Shown piece by piece: positions 1 through 11,783 of a stretch of DNA of 64,000 nucleotides. Position 1 is the first letter of the stretch, and every line of letters starts with the position of its first letter. The notes under the pieces were generated by a model. The model made no database searches. It saw nothing but the letters and a program-made list of their open reading frames with translations, and had not been told where the DNA came from. This stretch comes from Antedon mediterranea (Eukaryota; Animalia; Echinodermata). The stretch is from assembly GCF_964355755.1 (NCBI RefSeq), contig NC_092676.1:25252871-25316870 (forward strand). Direction: 5' to 3'. Both the position numbers and the translations under genes were made by a program.

Positions 1-543
1 AGTAAACTAAAATTGTATTTTCTCGAGAACTACTTTTCCAAAAAAAACATTTCATTTTTGTACAAGAGGCAAGATTTATATTTTGTGATTTGTAATTTTA
101 AAACATAATTAGATTTAATGTACAAGTTTTTTTATGCGAGTAGTTAAAAAACCCTATTTCTTTTTAAATTCACTCGTTTGTTTTTCTTGTTTCTTGTTTC
201 TGTTCTTATTGTTAGTCGGCTGAAGCACCCACGTTTATACACAATACCATTGTTTATTATCCAGATAAAATTGTTTTCACATTCTGTTATTATAATAAAA
301 ACATGGTTTTATAGCCTTTTTATATGTAAATGTTATTGTAAATGATAGAAAATGATTAAGTTAATTAATATACAAGCGCACGATCAAAATAAAATAGTAT
401 TGAAAAACACATATGAATATTTAGACTTTCCCCGGGCATTCAATATAGGCATTTTAGGTACCGTACCAACCCGTGAATGCACTCATTTTCATGGAATAAT
501 AATAATCCATCAATTTAAAATTTAAATTTTATCTCTATTTTAG

Positions 544-3500
544 ATGAAAGACATTCACGCACACGGCCAAGAATGGTATGAATATTGATGTAGGCCAAGA
601 TGTATAACTTTAAAGACTCTCTATCACGTTTTCTCCTTCATTATGGTTAAACTTTCTCAGCATCATCATGATGTATTTCTTGTTTCTTTGCTGTGGTCTT
701 CTATCCAACTTTTATGCCCACTCTGGTAAGTTTTTTTTGTCACAATTTTTATTTTAGTATTTGTATCAGAATAAAAACTCTGAGGATCATAATTTTGTTT
801 AAACATATGATTTGATTTTATTTTATTCAGGTTTTAACATAAAATTACAAGACAAAGTTTAAAAATACAAATAGAAACATGCAATGTATTGCACAGTGCA
901 CAAGAAACCTAAGATAGCCTATAAAGTCGAAAAAACCCCACTTATTTCCAATGAGGTCCTATAAACTATAGAATTCTTTTGATGAAAATGATATTTTCAC
1001 ACGTCCAATTAAATGACGTCATGGAATTAAGACCCATTTACACTAGGAAGATAACGATAGACGATATTATAAGCATGCATTTTTTTTACATAAAGCAAAA
1101 GAAATTAGAAAAGATTTCGTTCTAAAACTATAGGATAATCATTTATGCTGTCTTTGATTGACGTCATGATCAATAATACAATAAAATCGTTGTAGTATTG
1201 TCACGATTATTATTATTGCTCTTGCTAATCATGACGTCATTTGATTGGACGTGTGAAAATATCATTTTCATCAAAGGAAGCATAGATGGTTATTCTATAG
1301 TTCTAGGATGAAAAGTTTTCATATTTCTTTTGTTGTATGTATGAAAACTTCACATTGTCTATTTGTCGTCGATCGTTATCGTCCTAGTGTATGGACCTTT
1401 ACGTGTTGATAACGTAATTCTTCAAACGTGAAACCACACTGAGTCGGCGTAGATTACGGAGGGGTTCTCGCTTCTTTAATAGGAACATTTTAAAGGAAAA
1501 CTATTAAAATACATGAAATACATCAGGCCTATTGGCCTATTGTTTTTTATATGAATGTTGGCTTTCAAAATTACGCGCAAAAAAAGAGTACACTTGTGTT
1601 ATTGTTTGAATCGCAGATTTTAGCAATATTTTTGTATTGGTATCTTTTTTTCTCTTTTTGTTATACTTTTTCTCGTCTTTTCGTACTTGTATCGTTCCCG
1701 TTTTTTTTTTAAGTGTTGAGGGCCTCATGCATGTCAGCCTCGGATGTTTTGAGTCATCTTTCACCAGTCAGTCATTAAACAAAGTTTTAAAAAAAAAATT
1801 TCAATGGTTTCAGCTTTACTGTCATACCAGAAGTTGGTTACTGCTAGGTCTGGTGTTAATCCTGGTAGACTTACAAACGGGAACGACAGCGTGGAGAATT
1901 GTTTTGTAACAGGTTCGACGTTTGATTTGTATGATTTAGTATAAATAGAATATGAAAGGATTCACATACTGTCAATTCTTGTTTTGATCCGTACAATTAA
2001 AAATGTTCTCGAAAAAAATCATCTGTTTTCAAATGATATACGTTAGTAGGCCTATTTTTTTTCTTCTTTTTGTTAAACGATATAAAAAAGTGATGACAAA
2101 TAAGCAACACGTCATTCGCGGGTTCAAGGCTACAGATGCTTGGCTGCTGAAATGTTGCAAACTTGTCATGGTTTACCAAAAAAAAAAGCAACTAACATAA
2201 GTTTAAAGGTTTTGTTGAATAGGCCTAAAATCACCATTTTGTAACCTAAAAAATGTACACATTTCGAACATGGTTTTTTTTTATTATAAAGCAAAAAGTT
2301 ATTTGAATTAATTTTAAAAAAATGTATTTCAATGTTGAACTCAAGGACGTAAGCGCAACGTAAGTGATTTGACCAATCACAAGCGATGGTTATTTGACCT
2401 GTCGCTTGTCATTGGTTAACTCGGTTGCGTCTCAATCTTTAGACTGGCAGGTTTTTTCTACGATCTTTTGTTTTGTTTACGCTTTTTTTAGCTAATACTG
2501 AAGACGAATGGATTGAAATAGATTTGGGGAAAGACTACCTTGTAACGAGAGTGACTATTATTAATAAAGTCGGAAATAGTATGACATTTTCGTTTATTAT
2601 AAGTAATATTATAACTATTTAGGCCTACATGGATATAAGTGAAAAAACAATTCGCCTCATGAAAATAGAATTTAATCTTAATGAAATTATTTGTACCATT
2701 CCACTCATAAACATTCATTATTTTGTATAACATATGCATTTTTGTGTTTATTTAGGCTATTACGGAATGTCTTTGGAAGGCTCTAGAGTAACCATTGCTT
2801 CTCAAGATTCAAAAGAGGTTGAACAGAACTGTACAGAACATCCTGTTTCAAGTACTCAAATATCAGCGAGCGTGGTGATAGATCTAAAATGTAAAAAGAA
2901 AGCATTTGGTCGGTACGTTTTATTAAGAAAAGGTAAAAGTAGACTTCGCCTTTGTCAGATCCGTGTCTACAGTGAATATGAACCAAAGAGAGGTACGTAA
3001 ACTTGTTATTTTGTTTTTTTCAAAGGGTAAAAATGAGTCGAGTCTGGTCGAGTCTACGCCCATCCCTAGGCTAAATTCACACACAAGGCATTGGTATTTT
3101 ATTCTAGTATAATCCCACTGCAAATTTTCACCAAATTTTGTGCAAAGGCCCCCGTGGGACTATACTCGGTCATAGATTGTATATAGTAGGCCTATATAAA
3201 AGAAGCGTCATTTTGACTATTGTTGCCTTGCAGATCCGGTTGCAGTTGAAGATTTGGGTGGTACGATTTTTGAACTGGATTTGGACTGTTTGAAACATTG
3301 GTTTTCCTTTAATGCAATAAGCACGTATTTTTCACCAACCATGAACCATTGTGACTTTGAATTTAAAGATATGACTCCTGTTTTTCAAGACATCCCGTTT
3401 AAACCTGAGGGAGTTGTTAACTTAAGAGCGTTTACGCTGGCTATGTACATATATCCACATGCGTCTTCTAGTGGTTGGTTCTTAAGCACAGGAATTGACA

Positions 3501-5511
3501 ACACGGTGTTTCGTATTGGGTTTAGCTTGGTGGAGAAAAGAGGTCGTCCTTTTAATTCTGGTGTTAAGGTCGGCGATAGAGGCAAATTATTAGTAAGAGG
3601 TCATGTCCTTTCACCTTTCATATGGACATTTGTTGCCGTTACCTTTGACGGCAATGAAAGGAAAATCACGCTATGGAGTGATGGTGAAATTGTCAGTGAA
3701 CAATCCACGACATTTAACAGCATGGACATGTCTTTAGAGACGTTGCGAATTGGAAATGATGATGGATATTTTTTTGCCAAAGTAGCAATGCTGCAAGTAT
3801 ATGAGAAAGCATTGAACGAATCAGAAATGAAGGCAGCAAGAGATATGCCGTTTCAAAGTAAGCATAGTTAATGTTATCAGTTCTAATATATTCCCAGGAA
3901 TACCGAGCTCGCCTTGTCAACATAAAGACTTGTAATTAGTCCTTTGATTTTATGTTTGGCTGCAACATGCCCTCTCTATTGCACGAATTAGATATATATA
4001 TACATTATATAGCTGGCCGAATTTCTTTCTTTCTTTTTTTGGCATAATTCGCCGTCGCGTCGGTTTTTACCCCGCCCCCGGCCGCGATTTTTTTTTTCGT
4101 ACATAAGTTGGGGACCCCATCATGAAACGTCACAAAATAAACATGAATAATTCATCAGTTAAATTTTCTTGTTCCGTGTGCACCCAAGCGTATAGCAACA
4201 AGAAGTGATTACACAAGTGCGGTACGATTCTAGGCCTATCTCCGCTGTTGAAGAATAGCGGCGTTTTGTGTGGATTGTCGAAATAATCGGCCTTTAGTTT
4301 ATGGTGTTTTTAATATAATTTATTACTAAAGAATTACGTGTTAAAATTATAGTTTCTATTAATACTATTAGGCCTAATTATTAGTCTCTAAACCCATGTC
4401 TATTCTAGTAGTAGCTGTGTGGATGTGTGTGACGTGTGTGTGTGTTACTGTTAGGTATGACCAAAGATAGTTACACTATCTTTGGTATGACACAATCCGA
4501 GTAATAAGTCAGCAAAATTAAACAATAAACATTACACAAAAATACATTTTTTATTCTCGTGGGTCAAATCTTCCCATCTCATGTGTTCATATACGCGCAT
4601 TTTTAAAGTTCCTTTGAGTACATTGCATATTGTTTGATAATTGATAGCAGAATTTAAAAAAATACAGTACACAAATTATACACATTCTTTATTCTTGTGG
4701 GTCTAAGCTTTCTTTGGGCTATGTCCAAGAACGCTTGGGTGCACACGGAACAACAACTGCGATACGATTCTTTCTACAATAATAGGCCTAGGATTCTAGG
4801 TCAATTCATGATATTGCCTTCGCGCACTCTTCTTCACACACACGTCCACTATGCAAAATGTGTCGAGGCTAATCGACAGCTAGGCATGACATTAAACTAA
4901 GTAGTAATTGGACATAGCCCAAAGACACAAGTCACACACACCCACTACTAGAATATAATACTCTATTATGAAATCAGCGGAGATAGGCCTAGAATCGTAC
5001 CGCACTTGTGTAATCACTTCTTGTTGCTATACGCTTGGGTGCACACGGAACAAGAAAATTTAACTGATGAATTATTCATGTTTATTTTGTGACGTTTCAT
5101 GATGGGGTCCCCAACTTATGTACGAAAAAAAAAATCGCCCCCCCGGCCCTACGCAATTAAATTAATGAGAACTTTACGATTGCTATAATTAGGCTACACA
5201 TTTATTTAAATGTCTTCAATGTATGTTTTGTATTAGAATGGAAGTACGATTCAAACGCAGCATTTATGAAGCTGAAACCACCGACCGGTTTTACAGGAAC
5301 TGAAATATACAATAGCGCCAAATCGTCAAAGGTGTTCTGCGCTTGGAAGTGTTTGGAACAAACCTGTTGCAACGCACTTACTGTTCATCGTAAAAACAAT
5401 CTGTGTGTTCTCTTCTCGAAGTTTAATGTGACAAATATGAGTGTATCATCAGATGTTGATTATTATCTGAAGAAATCTCATCAGTTTTATGACATTGTAA
5501 ATTATTGTTAG
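544..5511 (+). CDS. Secreted multidomain lectin-like protein, copy 1 (signal peptide - F-type lectin/F5-8C-like - LamG/pentraxin-like - PAN/Apple), ~472 aa
   Basis: GT-AG exons in compatible phase: 544-575, 661-725, 1814-1912, 2492-2578, 2756-2992, 3234-3857, 5237-5511. Hydrophobic leader MMYFLFLCCGLLSNFYAHS (the alternative start is ATG 668). F-lectin-fold motifs WIEIDLGKDYLVTRVTIIN and GRYV..LCQIRVY. LamG_3-like motifs FTLAMYIYP, WTFVAVTFDG, LRIGN, VAMLQVYEKAL. PAN-like CAWKCLEQTCCNALTV...CVLFS. Confidence 0.8.
967..1400. mobile_element. Interleaved MITE-like inverted-repeat elements in a lectin gene intron (copy 1 only)
   Basis: ttgatgaaaatgatattttcacacgtccaat..aatgacgtcatg (~980-1023) is inverted at ~1230-1275. 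A second pair, tacactaggaagataacgat (~1039) / atcgttatcgtcctagtgta (~1372), overlaps it. The segment is absent from the paralogous intron near 12050. Confidence 0.6.
4084..5139. mobile_element. Non-autonomous foldback/MULE-like DNA transposon with ~165-bp terminal inverted repeats
   Basis: 4084-~4246 is the reverse complement of ~4975-5138. A 9-bp direct repeat cccccggcc flanks it at 4075-4083 and 5140-5148. The element is missing at the paralogous site (~15085-15110). Confidence 0.8.
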
Positions 5512-5736
5512 TACAGTAGAACCACCCCCTCCCCCTCCTTTATAAATGGTCTTTCCCACCTATTCTGGCACGGTTCCTGTCATCAATCTTTCGTTTTCAC
5601 GCGGCTCGCGCATATCGATTGTGAAACGAAACCTTGACGTTCGTTTTGCCGGACCGTGTGTGAAAGGTGTGAAAGACCCTTTAAGGTGGTTTAGTTCCGT
5701 ATATGTCCCCTTAATCGGGGTCTACCTTATACTGTA
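5512..5736. mobile_element. Tc1/mariner (Tigger-like) MITE remnant directly after the stop codon; second copy at 15473-15685
   Basis: TA-CAGTAGAACC...gtcccc.taat...ACTG-TA ends are typical of Tigger/pogo-derived MITEs. Present in both duplicates. Confidence 0.5.
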
Positions 5737-7429
5737 TGTCAAGTATATTACTTTGTTTATGCTTATTGCTGGGTTGGCTTAGATTTATACATATCGCACA
5801 GTAATATTTATATGTTTAACGTTAAATGTATTAATTATAGATGTTGTTCAATAGTCTTAGGGTCTGTTCTAAAAATAGCCTATAAACAATGTTGTAGTTA
5901 TATAGATTTCTTCAGTGCGTTGTTTGGATTCGGCGCACTATTTAAACTGCAGTGCTTAGGCCTACTTATCTTAGTGTTTTTCGGCTTGATATCCATAGAC
6001 AGGAGACAGGCAAGTACGTAGTATTAACATGAATTTGATGTTTCGGACATATATCTATGTTTACCCGCTTTTTTCTATTCATACGTGTGTGGTATGACGT
6101 CACATCGGGTGTCTGAGACCTGTCAGGGGTACATTAATTTTTATTAAAGTTAACGGAGATGTAAGAGAGTTAACCAATAACACGAGAGTACTTACGTCAG
6201 TTGTAACTCTGAAATAGGATTACGTTAAATCCCTTCTATACACGTTTAACTATAGTGCGTGTGTGAACTATCAACTTGTAAGTACAGTATATATTTGTTA
6301 TTATTACCGGTACCACTTTGGTTCTTATATTTTCATGTATGTTGTTAATAGTACTGAGTTATCTTAGTTATCGTAATTTTAACTTGTAGTATTGTAATGT
6401 ATGTAGATGTTTTGTAATAGTAGGTTAAATATTGTACTTTTTTTTCGTAAATAGTTTAAGTGAACACGTCTTTATAAGTGTGCCGCTGATATAAAAGCGT
6501 ATACGTTCTATAAATTATTATTACTGTATTACGCATGGGCAACAGCGGCGATTGTTTAATCCCTGTAAATATGTTTGGTAATTAATTAATAATTAGTAAA
6601 CGAAATGAACCACGATATCAATGATTTTTGCAATAATAAAACTCACTTTAATCATTTTCAAAGCTGCTTTTCAAAATATATATAATTGCAATAGGCCTAT
6701 TTTTATAATTAGGCATTAAACATGCTTTCATTTAATGACAATTTTCCATATGTCAACGGAACGGCGTTTTGTTGTTAATGGCGTAGCCCAATCAAATAAG
6801 AATAAACTTGGATATGTAATATGGTGTTCATAATCATTCATAAAAAAGTGTGCTTCTATTGTTGAAAGAAGACACTGAAATAATGTTCTGCGGAAAAGCC
6901 ATTGTTTCATTAGACATACGGAATCGTAGCCTATATACATTATCAACTAACTATACATTGTATGCATATTTAACTGAAGTATAAGAAATATTTCAAATTT
7001 ATTCTACCCTACCTTACTTTTTATATAACGTAATAATAAATCCTAGTATAATTGTATTACCTGCTACGTATATGCTATTTATTGTTAGACCTGAAAAAAA
7101 CGGGTGTGAATGCACTGACCAATAACAAGCCATATTTTACGGCTTCAGAACTAGTTGATTTGAAAAAATATCTGTTTGCGTTGCGGTGCACATATCTCTG
7201 CAAAAGGAAATAAAGCCGCTCGTTTAGAATATCTCAGTTAATAGTGTTTATTCGCCATACACCAAAAAAATGCAGTATGGAATAATAAAATAAATAATAA
7301 TAGTATAATGATTATAAATAGGCAGCCCAAATTCAATTATTGGTAAAATTAAAGATTTATTAAGGCAATTTTAAACAACAGGATGTTTGAACCAGCAAGT
7401 TTGTTACCTTTGGAAACAACGTAATCTAG

Positions 7430-8180
7430 GGCCTACATGATTACAGTCTTATGATTACAAGAATAACACCAAGATACTTATGCTCACGTGTTGCATCTAA
7501 TTCAAGACCATTCATATAATATATATTTTCATTAAATACCCGTTTTCAAGTGACATGCATAACTTTAGTTTTGCTGGCATTAAAAATCATTTGGTTATTA
7601 TCAGCCCATGTATTAAGGTGATTAAGATCATCTTGTAATGCCATTGCATCGCATGCAGAATTAATTAGTTGGTAAATCAGGGCATCATCAGGAAAAAGAA
7701 CACAATGAGATTTTATCAATAGCGGCAATTCATTGACAAAAATGTTAAACAGTAAAGGGCCTAGAACACTTCTCTTGGAGGACACCAGATGTAACTGGCA
7801 GGCTCAGAGAGCACGTACAGTACCTCCAAACTGAACAGATTGAAATCTACTCTTAAGGAACGAACATATCCAATTCCAAACTTGGCCTTGGATATTGTAT
7901 TGAGATGACAATTTATTAAGAAGGAGGTAGTGGGGAAGTTTATCAAATAGCATCAAAAACTGGGGGCTGTCGTTGATCCAGAAATTTGTTCCAGTGGTGA
8001 ACAACAGTATTAGCTGGGTAACACATAAAACCATGTTGGTTAGGTGACATCAGGTAAAGCTTAGTTAAGTGGAGATTAAGGGAATTAAAGACAATTTTTC
8101 CATAGATTTACAAATTATTGAAGTTAATGCATATTATATATGGGTCTATAATCAGCAAAGAAAGACGAATTACCAGATTT
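7430..8180 (-). mobile_element. Decayed LINE reverse-transcriptase fragment (CR1/L2/Jockey-like)
   Basis: Frameshifted ORFs carry RT motifs: FDKLPHYLLLNKL..WICSFLKSRFQSV, SVLGPLLFNIFVNELP, LFPDDALIY, LQDDLNHLNTWADNNQMIFNASKTKVM. Confidence 0.85.
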
Positions 8181-8189
8181 TAGAACAGT

Positions 8190-8884
8190 AACCAACAACA
8201 TCAACAACCAACAACATTACCAACAACATCACCAACCAACAAAATTACCAACCAACACCATCACCAACCAACAACATTAACAACAACATTACCAACCAAC
8301 AACATTACCAACCAACAACATTACCAACCAACAGCATTAGCAACCAACAAAATTACCAACCAACAACATTACCAACCAACAACATCACTAACCAACAACA
8401 TCACTAACCAACAACATCACTAACCAACAACATCACCAACCAGCAAAATTACCAACCAACAACATTACCAACCAACAACATCACCAACCAACAACATCAC
8501 TAACCAACAACATCACTAACCAACAACATCACTAACCAACAACATCACACCAACCAGCAAAATTACCAACCAACAACATTACCAACCAACAGCATTACCA
8601 ACCAACAGCATTAGCAACCAACAAAATTACCAACCAACAACATTACCAACCAACAACATTACCAACCAACAACATCACCAACCAACAACATCACTAACCA
8701 ACAACATCACTAACCACCAACATCACTAACCAACAACCTCACCAACCAGCAAAATTACCAACCAACAACATCACCAACCAACAACATCACTAACCAACAA
8801 CATCACTAACCAACAACATCACTAACCAACAACCTCACCAACCAGCAAAATTACCAACCAACAGCATCACCAACCAACAACATT
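8190..8884 (+). repeat. Minisatellite, ~15-bp unit ACCAACCAACAACAT(T/C), left part
   Basis: Direct reading: tandem accaaccaacaacatt / actaaccaacaacatc variants. Confidence 0.95.
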
Positions 8885-10811
8885 TTTGTTTTCTTTTTTA
8901 TGGTTAACCACCACCTTTATTCATTCTTTCATACATATTTCGTTCACATTTCATTTTCATACATTAAATTTCCGTTTTCTACTTTTTTCGTTATTTTCAG
9001 ATTTTTACTCTTTTAACCTTTATACATATAGTGGTTTGATTATATGCATACAAAAACTGTACATCTTAAAATACAAAAATGGATGCCACTTATAAGTTAC
9101 AACATGCCTAGTGTATTCATATCTTTTAAAATATATTTAAACTGAATCCAGGGATTCTGGCATACAGGTTTTTTAAGTTCAGTTTTAATTTTAATTATGT
9201 ATATGACGTACACAGCTATTGAATACAATTGATTTTTTAATTGACATTTACTTCCTAACAGGAGTTCTTTGAACGAGCTACTGCTGTTATCTAGCTTTTT
9301 AAATATATTGTCAATTTTTTCCCACAGTATTTGATTACGTCTACAATAATAAAACATATGTTTTTCGTCTTCAATGACTCCACAATTGTTACATATGTTA
9401 TTATTTTTCAGTTTCCAGTTATACAGTTTTAGATTTGTAGGTAAAATTCTATTTAGTAATTTGTAATTCAATTGAGCAAATTTCTAAATTTTTTCGTTTT
9501 TCACTTTTCTTTTCCAGACATCACACCACTTGATATCTTCATTAAATATGTTATTCCATTTAAGTATGCTTTTCGGGGGAATAAAAACATTATTAACAAA
9601 GTTAGAATAAACATCTTTTGTTGTCATCTTAATTATATTGTTGATATTGTATTCCAGATTCACATTCATATATTGGTTCATATTTGGCATATTATGTTTA
9701 ATTATACTTAACCACTCCTTTGGAATAGCTCTGGTTAAAGAAACATATTCAGCTATCCAGTTTTTCTTAATACGTAATTGTTTAATTATTTCTATAGGTT
9801 TCATTAGACGATTGAAAATAATTATATCTCCAATTTGATTAAAACCTGCATCTATCCAGTTCTTAAAGAATAGTGGTTTGTTTCTATATTTAATATCATT
9901 ATTACCCCATAAGTTTTGCTTTATCACTTCTTCATATTCGTTAATTGTACCTTCATTATTCATATTATTAAATTCAACACAACACTTTAGAACATTATAA
10001 TAAAAATATGGTATATTATCTAAGCCCATGTTATTTTGAAAATTGATATTTGACATACTTAAAATTAGTTGTTCGGTTCCAAATTTGTTAAAATAGTATA
10101 GTGGTAAGATTTTCCATCTTACGTGTATTCTACACAGTAATTTTCTTGCCCATATCATTTTCAGAGAGTTTATGTGTAATGCGAAATCAGGCATACCTAT
10201 GCCCCCTTTAATCATTTTACCGATTAAAGTTTTTCTTTTTATTTTTTCTGTTTTTCCATTCCATAAAAAGTTATATATCAATTTATTTATTTTAAAAATA
10301 ACATCATCTGGTACATCAATTATACATGCATTGTATGTTAGTTTAGACAAAGCTAAACTTTTTAAAATGGTAACTTTGCCAAAAAAGGTTAGGTTTCTTC
10401 CTTTCCATCTATTGAGTAGCATTTCTAAGTTTGCCACCTTACTATCCCAATTTAATTCACTGCATTTGTTCTCATTATATCCCACATAAATACCCAAAAT
10501 CTTAATTGGTTCATTAACCCAATTTAGACTGCATGGTTTTTCAATTTTGTTTATATTTTTGCCAATCCATATAGCGTTGGTTTTTTTTAAATTTAAAGTC
10601 ATACCAGACACTTTACCAAACTTATTAACAATGTTTAAACCAATCTCAATACTTTTTTCATTTCCCACAAAGAGTACAGTGTCATCTGCCAGATGCGCAA
10701 TGCGAACTTCCTCACCATTATCATTGTTAGGTAAAGATATTCCTTTATAACATTTATCTTTTCTTATATTACACGCCATAATTTCTACTACTAAAATAAA
10801 GAGTAACGCCG
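8885..10811 (-). mobile_element. 5'-truncated L1/Tx1-clade LINE (RT C-terminal half, zinc knuckle, 3' UTR, A-rich tail)
   Basis: ORF 9484-10811 has SALLFILVVEIM, HLADDTVLF, KILGIY, GKVTILKSLALSKL and GGIGMPDF. After a frameshift, ORF 9097-9471 has CNNCGVIEDEKHMFYYC (zf-RVT-like). A T-rich tail lies at ~8885-8898. Confidence 0.9.
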
Positions 10812-11003
10812 ACCAACCAACAACATTACCAACCAACAACATCACCAACCAACAACATCACTAACCAACAACATCATGACTAACCAACAACATCATGACT
10901 AACCAACAACATCATGACTAACCAACAACATCACCAACCAACAACATCACCAACCAACAAAATTAGCAACCAACAACATTAGCAACCAACAACATTAGCA
11001 ACA
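10812..11003 (+). repeat. Minisatellite, right part (same unit as 8190-8884)
   Basis: accaaccaacaacatt units resume immediately after the LINE 5' end. Confidence 0.95.
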
Positions 11004-11783
11004 ACAGATAAACTAGACTATTCAATCATGTTATAAAATGTTATTTATCTATTTTGTTATTCAGTTGAGCACCTTATGTATATCTTCTATTTTAATACTA
11101 GGCCTACTACTTAAAACTACTTAAAAGTAGTTTTGATCGACATTCGCTTTTGCATATAGGTGCGTCAGTTCTACAACAATTTTTATAATAATAATGTATC
11201 AAAAAAAGAAGAAAAAATAATGTATCAATATTTTTATTATGCAGCCTGCAAGTTACTTTTGATATATTTCACTTTGCTTCTTAGCATTCTTAAGTATCCT
11301 GCCACAAGTTTCGTTAGGGACAATTTTGTTAAGATTTTTAGGTGTGTAAACAAACAATTCGCAAAACAATATTGCAAAACAACAAGTTATATTTTATTAA
11401 TATTCAGTATATATTTAATATATTTAGAATTTCTTCTACAATGATTAATGTAAATCGCACCCACGTTTATACACAATACCATTGTTTATTATCCAGTTAA
11501 AATTGTTTTCACATTCTATTATTATAATAACAACAACATGGTTTTATAGCCTTTTTATATGTAAATATTATTGAAAATAATGGAAAATCATTAATCTTTA
11601 ATTATTATACAAGCACACGATCAAAATAAAATGATATTGAAAAACACATATATGAATATTTAGACTTTTCCCGGGCATTCAAGAAAGGCGCTTTAGCTAC
11701 CGTACCAACCCTTGAATGCACTATTTTCTTGGAATAATACCGTAATCCATCAATTTAAAATTTAAATTTTATCTCTATTTTAG

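Larger units (their letters stand above)
225..7258 (+). repeat. Segmental duplication, copy 1 (pairs with 11457-17186)
   Basis: Colinear similarity from gcacccacgtttatacacaatacc (225/11457) to atagtgtttattcgccat (7258/17186), covering introns and 3' flank; interrupted by copy-specific insertions. Confidence 0.92.

Noticed and set aside
10812-10848. Hydrophobic N-terminus (MVMLLVGNVVGW) of the LINE ORF as a signal peptide or domesticated gene
   Set aside because: It is translated minisatellite sequence fused to a 5'-truncated, frameshifted RT.
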